Numbered from the stretch's first letter, positions 1-12,836 are shown. The stretch is 32,000 nucleotides of DNA from Propionibacterium ruminifibrarum (GCF_900289195.1 NZ_OMOH01000012.1:1-32000), one strand, 5' to 3'. Program-made: numbers and translations. The notes: a model not told the origin generated them from the letters alone.

Positions 1-115
1 ACGCGATGCCTTGGCCAGCTGGATCCACTTCTACAATCACCACAGACCCCACACGGCCTGCGGGAACCTCCCACCCATCACACGGTTAACCAACATCCCC
101 GATCAGTACAGCTAG
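1..115 (+). mobile_element. 3' end of a DDE (rve/integrase-core) transposase gene, IS481/IS3-like. The ORF enters from outside the window.
   Basis: Frame 2 (2..112) translates to RDALASWIHFYNHHRPHTACGNLPPITRLTNIPDQYS, with stop TAG at 113-115. The W-x-x-x-YN-x-x-RPH-x-x-x-G-x-x-PP pattern is the conserved C-terminal end of rve-domain IS transposases. It is absent from the ORF track because there is no in-window start. A 6-bp hairpin (cccgtc cgat gacggg, 116-131) follows the stop. Confidence 0.7.
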
Positions 116-179
116 CCCGTCCGATGACGGGGAAACGCTGCGCGGCGGGCGCTGGATCGGCGTCCTGGAGCGCGCCGCC

Positions 180-377
180 GTGTTCGGCTCCCTACTGGCA
201 GGGCAGCCCGCACTCGTCGCCGTCACCGTGGCGGTGAAGGCCTCGGCCCGATTTCCCGAGATCCGCGGGGCCCGCAGCGGCGAGGTGGCCGAGCACTTCA
301 TCATCGGCACGCTGGCCAGCTTCCTGCTCGCCGGGGGCCTTGCCGTGTTGCCCGGCTGGGTCGTGCGCCTGTGGTGA
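180..377 (+). CDS. Small hydrophobic protein (65 aa from GTG 180), possibly the 3' remnant of a membrane-protein gene cut by the IS insertion
   Basis: The ORF-track entry has two hydrophobic stretches (LLAGQPALVAVTVAV; IIGTLASFLLAGGLAVL). The same frame stays open upstream to position 90 and encodes ...GETLRGGRWIGVLERAA with no ATG/GTG/TTG before 180. The protein-like sequence therefore begins before any usable start codon. Confidence 0.3.
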   Translation: MFGSLLAGQPALVAVTVAVKASARFPEIRGARSGEVAEHFIIGTLASFLLAGGLAVLPGWVVRLW

Positions 378-420
378 TGAGCATCGAGCAGTGGCGCCGG
401 AGCCGGACTGCCGCTCGGGG

Positions 421-3138
421 TCAGCGGAGCCGGCGGTAGCCGTCGTCGTACGGTCCCAGTGCTGCGACGGCCTCGTAGTCGGCCCGTGCCTCGGCCAGGA
501 GCACCGGCGGCAGCCCGGCGAGTTCGAGACGATGGCCGTCTGCGAGGACGGACAGCGACTCGGTGGCGCAGGGCATCGGTTCCTCGTCGTTCAGGTCCTG
601 GCCGGTGAAACGGATGACCACCGTGAGGCCGCTGTCCCCGATGGCCTTCTCGTACTCGTTGAACCAGTGGAAGTCCAGGTCGCAGCGGGTGTAACCGCGC
701 GCGGTGATGGTGTCGCGGAAGCGGAAGGTGTCGCTGACGTGGCCGCTCAGGTCCTCCATGCGGGTGATGAGCGGTTCGACGACCGGTGTCCCCAGCGCGC
801 TCCACTGGTCGAAGAGCGGTGTCACGGCGTGCTCGCTCAGGTGAGCGCGCCATGCCTCGGCGGCCTCGGCGCCGAGGAGGGTGCCGTGGGCCACGGCGAG
901 GCGCGCCTGCGGATCGAGGGCGAGCGGTGCGCCGTCGACGCCCACCGGTGCGCCGTCCGCGGTGGGACGGAAGGCCCGCTGCTGAGGTGTTCCGGGGTTC
1001 TCCAGCCAGACGAGCCGGGCGATGAGCAGGCGCATGAGTGGGTGCGCGGCCAGGGACTCCTGCCAGTCGGCCGACTGCCAGACCCGGCCCAGGCACATCG
1101 CTCCGTGGAGGCGGGCCGGTTGACGGGACATGACCGCGGCGAGCTCCCGGCGTGAGGCGCGCAGCCGGTCCTTGGCGGCTGCCGCGAGGTCGGGGTCGTC
1201 CCCTTCGGCGGGGCCGGGCAGCGACCTGATCGCCCGCGAGTCGGGGCCGATCAGCTGGAGACGGCCCTTGTCGGTGAGGCGGCCGTGGAACCGGTGGGCT
1301 CCGAGGTCGAGGTGCAGCAGCCCGTCGTCGGCGAAACCGGCAGTGGCGATGGTGCGGTCGGCCAGTTCATCGGCCGTCCACCCGTGACGTTCGGCGAACC
1401 GTCCGGCCAGCTCGCCGGCGGCCTTCTGGACGGTCGCCATCGAGTGGTGGCGGGCGATCGCCATGAGCAGCTCGGTGCTGTCCGGCTGGTCGTTGGCGGC
1501 CAGGGCGGACAGCAGGGCGATGAACTGTGCCCGACGCTGCGGGTGTTCGTCCATGTAGGTCCGCACGATCTCGGCCAGCTCGCCGTTCGGCATGGCGGCG
1601 GTCAGGGCGAGCAGGCCCTTGTCGTTGATCGCCGAGCCGATGTAGGAGCGCTGGTTGTTCTCGAAGTACTGGTTGATGAAACTGCGCAGGGGCCGGGCCG
1701 CCTGCTCGCGGATCGTCTGGGCGTACGGGTCCGTGTCCGCTGGGGTCAGGGCCGCGGCCCGGCGCTGCCATTCCTTGTGATCCCAGCGCGCCCGCTGCTC
1801 GGCCCGGGTGCGGTTCTCCTCGGCGCTGCGGCGGCGGGTGTCGTACTCGATCCACCGGTTGATGATGTGGCGGCCGAGTTCAGCGGCGTCGCCGCGGTCG
1901 AGCTGGTCGAGGTGGAGGGCCATGAGGGTGGAGCCATCGGGGTCCTTCATCTTGTCGGCCAGCACCACCCACCAGGCGAGGACACCCGGCTTGACCGGTG
2001 TGCCGTCGGCCCAGCGGGCACGTGGCAGCGCATCGGGGTCCAGCCAGTCGAGGTTCTTCGGCCACCGCCTCCCCAGCCCGCGCGTCGCCTCGGCGGTCAG
2101 GGTCCGGGGCGAGAGGAATTCGCCGATGTCCTCGCCGCAGGCCCGCAGCGCCTTGATCTCGGCGGCGCGCACGACCTGGTTCCGTTCACCTCGGAGGCCC
2201 TCGCGCAGCGTGGACACCGCGTGCGGGCCGCCGACCGAGCCCAGCCATTGTGCGGCGAGGATTCTCCGGTCCGGGGTCCGCAGCCCGAGCTGGGCGCCGG
2301 CCAGGTGCGGGGCGACCGGGGTGCCGGCGAGGATCTGTCGGGCGAGGCGGCGCTGCACCGGGGAATCGCAGGTTGCCCTCTCGGCGAGCAGCGGCAGCAG
2401 ACGGGCCGGGATGCGCGGGTAATGGGCGAGGACGCGCAGGGCCTTGTCCGGGTGGCGGCCGGTGAGCCATGACTCGATGTCCTCCGGGTGTTCGACGAAC
2501 CAGGGCCACAGGTCCGCCGGGTCGTAGGCCCACGTGATCTGGTAGTCAACCTGGGCGCGGATCGTCTCCTCGGCGATGCCGGCCCGGCGCAGGGCGTCGG
2601 CGAGGATCCTCGGTTCACTGTTCACCTCCTCATGGCCCACGCGGAACCGGGTGAGCATCAACAGTGCCTGGCGCAGCCCCGCCGGATCCCCCCGGTGAAT
2701 GACGCGGGCGATGCGGGCGAGGTGGATGAAGTTCAGCTCGTGGCAGCAGCGGGACAGGGCGTCGATGACGATGGTGTACCAGCCGCGGTCGAGGGGCGGG
2801 GTCTCGTCGGAGCCGTCGGCGAGCCCGATGAGGGCGTCGAGCAGGTCCTCGTCGAATTGCGCGCAGGCCCCCGCCGGCTGAAGATACTCGGGCGACAGGA
2901 AGTCCGGTGGCGGAATCGGGCGGAAGGACGAGTCGTACGGGCCGGTGCCCTCGGCGAAACGAGCGACGATCTCGCGGATCTGCTGGCGGGCCGCCTCGGC
3001 ACTGGTCTCGGGGAGCCCGCGCAGGGGCGGGAGTTCGAGGGGCTCCTCGTCGCCGAGGAGCTCGGTGAGATCCGGCAGGATCTGTTCGCAGACCGCGATG
3101 GTCTCAGCGGCTGAGTCGTCATACGGGTGGGCAGGCAT
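421..3138 (-). CDS. Large DUF4132 domain protein (MolR/YehI-like), with a helical HEAT-like N-terminal two-thirds. Function unknown.
   Basis: 905-aa ORF with AGGAG 5 nt upstream of ATG 3138. The C-terminal ~250 aa carries the pattern I associate with Pfam DUF4132 (GAMCLGRVWQSADWQESLAAHPLMRLLIARLVW ... FRPTADG ... VAHGTLL ... VTPLFDQW). The middle region has HEAT-like repeats (RRILAAQWLGSVGGPHAVSTLREGL). Confidence 0.75.
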   Translation of the reverse strand: MPAHPYDDSAAETIAVCEQILPDLTELLGDEEPLELPPLRGLPETSAEAARQQIREIVARFAEGTGPYDSSFRPIPPPDFLSPEYLQPAGACAQFDEDLLDALIGLADGSDETPPLDRGWYTIVIDALSRCCHELNFIHLARIARVIHRGDPAGLRQALLMLTRFRVGHEEVNSEPRILADALRRAGIAEETIRAQVDYQITWAYDPADLWPWFVEHPEDIESWLTGRHPDKALRVLAHYPRIPARLLPLLAERATCDSPVQRRLARQILAGTPVAPHLAGAQLGLRTPDRRILAAQWLGSVGGPHAVSTLREGLRGERNQVVRAAEIKALRACGEDIGEFLSPRTLTAEATRGLGRRWPKNLDWLDPDALPRARWADGTPVKPGVLAWWVVLADKMKDPDGSTLMALHLDQLDRGDAAELGRHIINRWIEYDTRRRSAEENRTRAEQRARWDHKEWQRRAAALTPADTDPYAQTIREQAARPLRSFINQYFENNQRSYIGSAINDKGLLALTAAMPNGELAEIVRTYMDEHPQRRAQFIALLSALAANDQPDSTELLMAIARHHSMATVQKAAGELAGRFAERHGWTADELADRTIATAGFADDGLLHLDLGAHRFHGRLTDKGRLQLIGPDSRAIRSLPGPAEGDDPDLAAAAKDRLRASRRELAAVMSRQPARLHGAMCLGRVWQSADWQESLAAHPLMRLLIARLVWLENPGTPQQRAFRPTADGAPVGVDGAPLALDPQARLAVAHGTLLGAEAAEAWRAHLSEHAVTPLFDQWSALGTPVVEPLITRMEDLSGHVSDTFRFRDTITARGYTRCDLDFHWFNEYEKAIGDSGLTVVIRFTGQDLNDEEPMPCATESLSVLADGHRLELAGLPPVLLAEARADYEAVAALGPYDDGYRRLR

Positions 3139-3265
3139 GAGTGCTCCTGACTCGGGGGTTCGTCCGGGGGCCGCCTCAGGCTATCAGTGCCGGGGCGGCG
3201 GATGCCGTTCGGTGAGATCCCGGAGGGGGCGCCCGGGCCGTTCCCGCCCGGCGGACGGCCCGTCG

Positions 3266-3931
3266 TCAGTCGGCGCCTGCCGGCGGTCCGGACGGCGCGA
3301 AGCGCTCGTAGACCCGTCGGAAGGTGCCCTGGATGACGAGCTGGATGCCGTCGGCGCCGTACTGTGACAGCTGCTGGGCGCGGCCCTGGTCGGAGACGTA
3401 GTAGAGGAAGGGGGCCAGCGGGTCGGGGCCGGTGCGGTACTCCTCGAGGGCCCGGGCCGACATGGCGCTCAGCGCGCGGGTGAGGCCATCGCCGGCTGGT
3501 ACGTGGACGAGCAGGAGCCCTGCCCGCGGGACGGTGAGGACGATGCCGGTGGCCGGCAGGGAGCCCCGCCACGGTTCGGGCAGGAAATCGGCGAGCAGGC
3601 CGAGGCGGCCGCTGACGAAACCATCGCCGCTCACCGCCCACGTGGCATCGGTGCCGTCGGCGTCGGGTGCCAGGTCCACCGGTCGCCGGCGCAGCCTCTC
3701 CCGCGCCGCGGCGTAGAGCGCCGACGGGCCGCCGTGCCGGGCCGCCAGGTGCTCGTCGGTCATGACGAGCACCTCATCGCGCTGGGGCTGTGCGGGAACG
3801 AGCGTGATGCCCGGCAGGAGCTCGGGGAAGTGGTCGGTGCCATAGCGGGCGACGGCCCTCGTCGGGACGGCGCGCACCAGCATCGAACCGGGGTCGATCG
3901 GTGACTGCCGCGTCGCATACCTGCTTGGCAT
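3266..3931 (-). CDS. Hypothetical protein (221 aa), no recognisable family
   Basis: The ORF has codon usage like its neighbours and lies upstream of, and co-oriented with, the DUF4132 gene (127-bp gap). It is divergent from uvrB (78-bp gap). The start is uncertain: ATG 3931 has only GGAG at 2-nt spacing, and the alternative ATG 3883 has no SD. Confidence 0.5.
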   Translation of the reverse strand: MPSRYATRQSPIDPGSMLVRAVPTRAVARYGTDHFPELLPGITLVPAQPQRDEVLVMTDEHLAARHGGPSALYAAARERLRRRPVDLAPDADGTDATWAVSGDGFVSGRLGLLADFLPEPWRGSLPATGIVLTVPRAGLLLVHVPAGDGLTRALSAMSARALEEYRTGPDPLAPFLYYVSDQGRAQQLSQYGADGIQLVIQGTFRRVYERFAPSGPPAGAD

Positions 3932-3980
3932 GGCTCCACGCTACCGGCAGCCGGTGGCGGTCCCGCGGGGCCGGACGGGA

Positions 3981-4003
3981 GTGTCGGACGGTGCGCATAG
4001 GCT
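3981..4003 (+). promoter_or_regulatory. RecA-independent DNA-damage promoter (RecA-NDp / PafBC-type) for uvrB
   Basis: gTGTCGgac-ggtgcgca-TAggcT matches the published mycobacterial motif tTGTCRgtg-8nt-TAnnnT, including the exact 8-nt spacer. The -10 ends at 4003 and ATG 4010 follows after 6 nt, so the mRNA would be leaderless. No SD is present. Confidence 0.45.
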
Positions 4004-4009
4004 CGGATC

Positions 4010-6094
<2,085 letters not shown>

Positions 6095-6175
6095 ACCCTG
6101 CCGGCGGAGCGGCCATGCGCGGCAACTCGGGTCCGGTTGCCATCCGGCTTGCTCCGCGGTGCCACAATGGGGGCA

Positions 6176-6274
6176 GTTGAGGGGAGTACTCCACTCGCGC
6201 AGTGATCGTCAGTACGGTGCCAGGGCGCCCGGCGCTGCGCTCCGCGTGGTCACGCGGAGGGAAGAGACCTCATC
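6176..6274 (+). promoter_or_regulatory. Probable yybP-ykoY (Mn2+) riboswitch aptamer in the 5' leader of the TerC-family gene
   Basis: UGAGGGGAGUAC (6178-6189) contains the conserved GGGGAGUA element. GAAGAGACCUCA (6261-6272) contains the conserved GAGACC. UGAGG/CCUCA can form the closing P1 helix. An internal hairpin CUCCGCG-UGGUCA-CGCGGAG is present. This riboswitch class typically precedes TerC/Alx and MntP genes. Confidence 0.55.
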
Positions 6275-6303
6275 GAAGGACACATCTTCGTGGAGGCCCC
6301 GCC

Positions 6304-7353
6304 ATGCACGTCTCCGTGCTCACCTGGATCATCACCCTCGTCGTCATGCTCGGGGTGCTCATCGCCGACGCCGTGCACATGGCGAGGAACCCGCACGTGC
6401 CGAGCGTGCGCGAGTGCGTCGCCTACATCAGCATGTACGTCGGCCTGGCCGTCGTCTTCGGGCTGTGCCTGCACTTCTTCGCCGGGGGTACGCACTCGGG
6501 CGAGTTCTTCGCCGGCTGGCTCACCGAGTACAGTCTCTCGCTCGACAACCTGTTCATCTTCCTCATCATCATGCGCAAGATGCGGGTCCCGCGCGAGAGC
6601 CAGCAGTTCGCCCTGCTCGTCGGCATCATGCTGGCCCTGCTCTTCCGGGGCGTCTTCATCGCCCTCGGCGCCACGCTCATCGCGCGGCTGGCCTGGGTGT
6701 TCTTCATCTTCGGCGCCTGGCTCATCTACACCGCCGTCGACCTCGTGCGCGACTACCTGCGCCACGACTCGGACGACGACGCGGACGACGCCACCGAGGG
6801 GCGGCTCATGCGCTGGGTGAAGAAGGCCGTCCCCTCCACCAACGAGTTCGACGGCGACAAGGTGTTCGTCCGCGTCGACGGCAAGATCCTGGCCACCAGC
6901 CTGTTCTTCGTCATCGTGGCGCTCGGCTCCACCGACGTCATGTTCGCCCTCGACTCCATCCCGGCGATCTTCGGGCTCACTCAGCAGCCGTACATCGTGT
7001 TCACCGCGAACGTCTTCGCGCTCATGGGGCTGCGCCAGCTCTACTTCCTGCTCGGCGACCTGCTCAACCGGCTCGTCTACCTGCCGATCGGCCTGTCCGT
7101 GCTGCTGACCTTCATCGGCGTGAAGCTCGTGCTGCACGCCATGAACCACTACGGCCTCGACGCCCGGCTCGGTTTCGACGGGGAGATCCCGACCTCGGTG
7201 TCCCTGCTCGTCATCGTCGGGATCCTCGCCGTGACGGCCGCCGTCTCGGTGTGGCGGATCAGGCACGACCGGAAGGCCGTCGAGCGGGCCAAGGCCGAGC
7301 GGCTCGCCAAGGACAGGGCTCGGTTCGAGGCCACCCAGGACCAGTGGAGCTGA
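6304..7353 (+). CDS. TerC/Alx-family integral membrane protein (putative Mn2+/metal exporter)
   Basis: Family motifs YSLSLDNLFIF and ALDSIPAIFGLT, with multiple TM segments. The ORF-track start at 6202 lies inside the riboswitch. GGAGG (6292-6296) sits 7 nt before ATG 6304 (MHVSVLTWIITLVV...), which I take as the true start. Confidence 0.9.
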   Translation: MHVSVLTWIITLVVMLGVLIADAVHMARNPHVPSVRECVAYISMYVGLAVVFGLCLHFFAGGTHSGEFFAGWLTEYSLSLDNLFIFLIIMRKMRVPRESQQFALLVGIMLALLFRGVFIALGATLIARLAWVFFIFGAWLIYTAVDLVRDYLRHDSDDDADDATEGRLMRWVKKAVPSTNEFDGDKVFVRVDGKILATSLFFVIVALGSTDVMFALDSIPAIFGLTQQPYIVFTANVFALMGLRQLYFLLGDLLNRLVYLPIGLSVLLTFIGVKLVLHAMNHYGLDARLGFDGEIPTSVSLLVIVGILAVTAAVSVWRIRHDRKAVERAKAERLAKDRARFEATQDQWS

Positions 7354-7399
7354 CCGATCGTCCACCTGCGGGTCAGCCGTGGCCGGGCGTCCCGACAAG

Positions 7400-7422
7400 A
7401 TGAATCCCATCCGGGGATTCAT
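7400..7422. promoter_or_regulatory. Perfect 9-bp inverted repeat (atgaatccc-N5-gggattcat), a likely operator for MazE/MazEF autoregulation. It overlaps the mazE promoter.
   Basis: Read directly from the sequence. It lies immediately upstream of a -10-like TATCAT (7428-7433). Type II antitoxins commonly bind palindromes that overlap their own promoter. Confidence 0.4.
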
Positions 7423-7431
7423 GCTCGTATC

Positions 7432-7674
7432 ATGGAAGACATGAGCGTTCAGATCACCGTTCGGCTTCCCGGCGAACTCGTGGCCTTCCTCGACAGCAGC
7501 GTGGCTGAGGGGCTTGCACAGAGCCGGGCCGCCCTGGTGGCTTCTGCGCTGGAACGGGAGATGCGGCGTCAGGCCGCGATCGACGATGCGAGAATCCTGG
7601 CCGAGCAGGGCCCGGGGGACGACCTGGACGAGTTGGTGTCCTGGTCAGTCTCGGGTGCTGCCCTGGGGGATTGA
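7432..7674 (+). CDS. mazE: Ribbon-helix-helix (CopG/MazE-like) antitoxin
   Basis: 80 aa. The N-terminal QITVRLPGELVAFLD is a typical RHH beta-strand/helix start. The stop TGA 7672-7674 is followed after one base by the toxin start at 7676. The true start may be ATG 7441 (MSVQITV...), which lies 7 nt after the TATCAT -10 and would be leaderless. Confidence 0.75.
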   Translation: MEDMSVQITVRLPGELVAFLDSSVAEGLAQSRAALVASALEREMRRQAAIDDARILAEQGPGDDLDELVSWSVSGAALGD

Positions 7675-7675
7675 C

Positions 7676-7993
7676 GTGCGAGAGATCTGCCTGGCTGAAC
7701 TCGACAAGACCCGGCCCGTGCTCGTCCTCACCCGGGAGCTTGCGCGGGAAGCGATGACGAAGGTCACGGTTGCGCCCATCACGTCCACTGTCAAGGGCTT
7801 GTCCAGCGAAGTGCGTCTTGGCCCGGACAACGGTCTCGACCATGAGTGCGCGGCGTCCCTCGACAACGTCGTGACGATTCCGGTGACGTCGTTGGGGCGG
7901 ACGGTGGGCTTCCTCAGGCCCGACCAGGAACGAGACCTGGCTGTGGCTGTTGTCCTGGCATATGACCTGGAGGTATCTCTCCTGGGGGACTGA
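7676..7993 (+). CDS. mazF: MazF/PemK-family type II toxin (mRNA interferase)
   Basis: Starts at GTG 7676 in the frame of ORF 7514..7993. Sequence: REICLAELDKTRPVLVLTRE...VTVAPITSTVKGLSSEVRL...ASLDNVVTIPVTSLGRTVGFL. The RP-x-(V/L)V and (V/A)-x-P-(I/L)-T-S motifs are typical of PemK/MazF. It directly follows the RHH antitoxin gene. Confidence 0.8.
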   Translation: MREICLAELDKTRPVLVLTRELAREAMTKVTVAPITSTVKGLSSEVRLGPDNGLDHECAASLDNVVTIPVTSLGRTVGFLRPDQERDLAVAVVLAYDLEVSLLGD

Positions 7994-8079
7994 CCGGACG
8001 CCCGAGCTGCTCCGGCGCCGTCAGAACGTGCCCCCGGGTCGGTCCGGCCGGCCGGGGACCCGCGATGGCGGGGTGCTGC

Positions 8080-8682
8080 TCACCAGCCGCGTTCGCGCCA
8101 CTCGCCGAGGTGGGGGCGTTCGGTGCCGAGCGTGGTCGGCGCCCCGTGGCCGGGCAGGACGCGGGTGTCGTCGCCGAAGGCGTCGAAGAGCTTGGTCGTG
8201 ACGTCGGTGTAGAGGCTGTCGAAGTCGGCCGGCGAGGTGGTCTTGCCGACGCCGCCGGGGAACAGCGAGTCGCCGGTGATGAGGGTGGTGGCCGGCTCGG
8301 TCGGCACGACGAGGGTGATCGAGCCGGGCGTGTGACCGACGATGCCGATCACCCGGAGCAGGTCTGCGCCGACGGCGATCGTGTCGTGGTCCCAGACGCC
8401 GGTCGGCTCGACCCCGGTCCGGGCCCGGATGGTCTCGACATCGGGGGTGCCGGCGTAGAGCGAGGCCCCGGTCGCGGCGGCCAGCTGGGCCAGGGCCTCG
8501 ATGTGGTCGGTGTGGCTGTGCGTCGTGATGATCGCCTCGATGGTGCGCCCGGCGATCCATTCGATGAGGCGGTCCGCCTCGTCCGCGGCGTCGACCAGGA
8601 CGTGGTGGCCGGTGGTGTCGGTCAGCAGGTACGCGTTGTTCTCCAAGGGCCCCACGACGAGGGACTCGATGCTGATGGTCAT
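8080..8682 (-). CDS. MBL-fold metallo-hydrolase (glyoxalase II-like), about 200 aa
   Basis: Contains the THSHTDH metal-binding motif, later HTPGS and a C-terminal LPGHG. The track ORF (8892) is over-extended. ATG 8682 overlaps the upstream stop as ATGA (8679-8682), and GAAGG lies 9 nt upstream. An MBL gene in the same position next to uvrA exists in M. tuberculosis (Rv1637c, from memory). Confidence 0.85.
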   Translation of the reverse strand: MTISIESLVVGPLENNAYLLTDTTGHHVLVDAADEADRLIEWIAGRTIEAIITTHSHTDHIEALAQLAAATGASLYAGTPDVETIRARTGVEPTGVWDHDTIAVGADLLRVIGIVGHTPGSITLVVPTEPATTLITGDSLFPGGVGKTTSPADFDSLYTDVTTKLFDAFGDDTRVLPGHGAPTTLGTERPHLGEWRERGW

Positions 8683-9422
8683 GTCCGCCATCCTTCGGGT
8701 AGTTCGGGCAGTTCGTTGCGCGCGGGGTGGTCGCCCGGCAGCCGCCCGGTCAGCCAGCCGAGCAGCAGGGCGTCGCTCCCGCCCACCGGGGTGGGGCGCC
8801 CCTTGGCCCCCAGTCTGGCGTGGAAGCCGGAGGTCGACTCCACCTGCAGCGCGGGCAGCTGATCGTCGCCCGCGAGCCAGTAGCAGGTCCATTCCAGCAC
8901 CCAGCGGGCAATGTCGTCGTCGGCGTCGGTGATGGTGAAGCCGCAGTCGAGGTCCGCGTGGTGCAGGAGCACCTCGCGCAGCCTGGCCAGCGGCAGCAGG
9001 TCGAGCCGGATGAGGCGCCCGTCACCCAGATCCACCGGTGAGGTGCAGGAGCCGATCTTGTCGAAACTGCGGTGCAGGCGACCGGCCGAGGTGTCCAGGT
9101 CGATCTGCAGGTCGAGTGCCCTGCGTTCGGCGCCGCGCTCGATGTCGGTGAAGCGGTCGCGGTCGGACAGGTACAGGGGGATACCGGTGCCACCGGAGGG
9201 TGCCGACTCGGCCAGCCGAGCGAGGGCGTCGGCGCCGCGGGCCAGATGGGTGGCGACGTGGGCCCGCGACCAGCCGGGCAGCGCACTCGGCTCGTGCCAG
9301 GCGTCCTCCTCGATCATGATCGTGTCGCCGAGGAGCTGCTGGGTGGCCTCGAGCTTGCGGCGGCGTACCAGTTGGACGTCACCCGCGCCGGGCAGGAAAC
9401 GCTGGTCGTCCAGTGATGGCAT
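8679..9422 (-). CDS. Maleylpyruvate isomerase-family, mycothiol-dependent enzyme (DinB/MDMPI fold), 247 aa
   Basis: The MDMPI_N-like N-terminus ([20 protein letters not shown]) and overall length fit the TIGR03083-type family. The track ORF (9743) is over-extended. ATG 9422 has GGGGAG about 8 nt upstream. Confidence 0.75.
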   Translation of the reverse strand: MPSLDDQRFLPGAGDVQLVRRRKLEATQQLLGDTIMIEEDAWHEPSALPGWSRAHVATHLARGADALARLAESAPSGGTGIPLYLSDRDRFTDIERGAERRALDLQIDLDTSAGRLHRSFDKIGSCTSPVDLGDGRLIRLDLLPLARLREVLLHHADLDCGFTITDADDDIARWVLEWTCYWLAGDDQLPALQVESTSGFHARLGAKGRPTPVGGSDALLLGWLTGRLPGDHPARNELPELPEGWRT

Positions 9423-9674
9423 CGCGGTGGCTCCCCTGTCCTTCCTGTCGTTCCTCGGTCCTCGCGGCGCCTGCCCGCACCGGCTCCGGCTCCGTGGCGG
9501 TGCGTGTCCCAGCTGATCGCGCCGGGTGCGACCAAGGACTCGCATCCCTGCAACCGTACTCTGCGCCGAGGAACCATGCCGCCCCAGGCCGCCACAAGAC
9601 ACCGGATGTGTCGCTCCCGGCGCCGGCGGAGCAGGGGGCTGTTCACTGTCCGCTGGGGTACCGTGGCCGGGAAA

Positions 9675-9697
9675 ATGCCGGTGCCCGCTCATACCAT
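9675..9697 (+). promoter_or_regulatory. RecA-NDp / PafBC-type DNA-damage promoter for uvrA
   Basis: aTGCCGgtg-cccgctca-TAccaT compared with tTGTCRgtg-8nt-TAnnnT: one core mismatch, exact gtg, exact 8-nt spacer. GTG 9705 lies 7 nt after the -10, the same geometry as at uvrB. Confidence 0.4.
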
Positions 9698-9704
9698 GGG
9701 GCCC

Positions 9705-12722
<3,018 letters not shown>

Positions 12723-12836
12723 CGTGCGGGCCGGACGCCCCGCCCGCCGAGGGCGGTGACCCGGCCGCCGCGTGGGAGCGGGGCGGTCACGGGCTGTCCG
12801 CGGGCGCGGCCCGCGGACCCGTGCAGCGCGGCGCCG

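Noticed and set aside
86-1155. ORFs 86..1096 (-) and 340..1155 (+) overlapping the DUF4132 gene 3' region and the IS junction
   Set aside because: Both give extremely Arg/Pro-rich, low-complexity translations. The DUF4132 frame carries the family-like C-terminal sequence, so these are alternative-frame artefacts.
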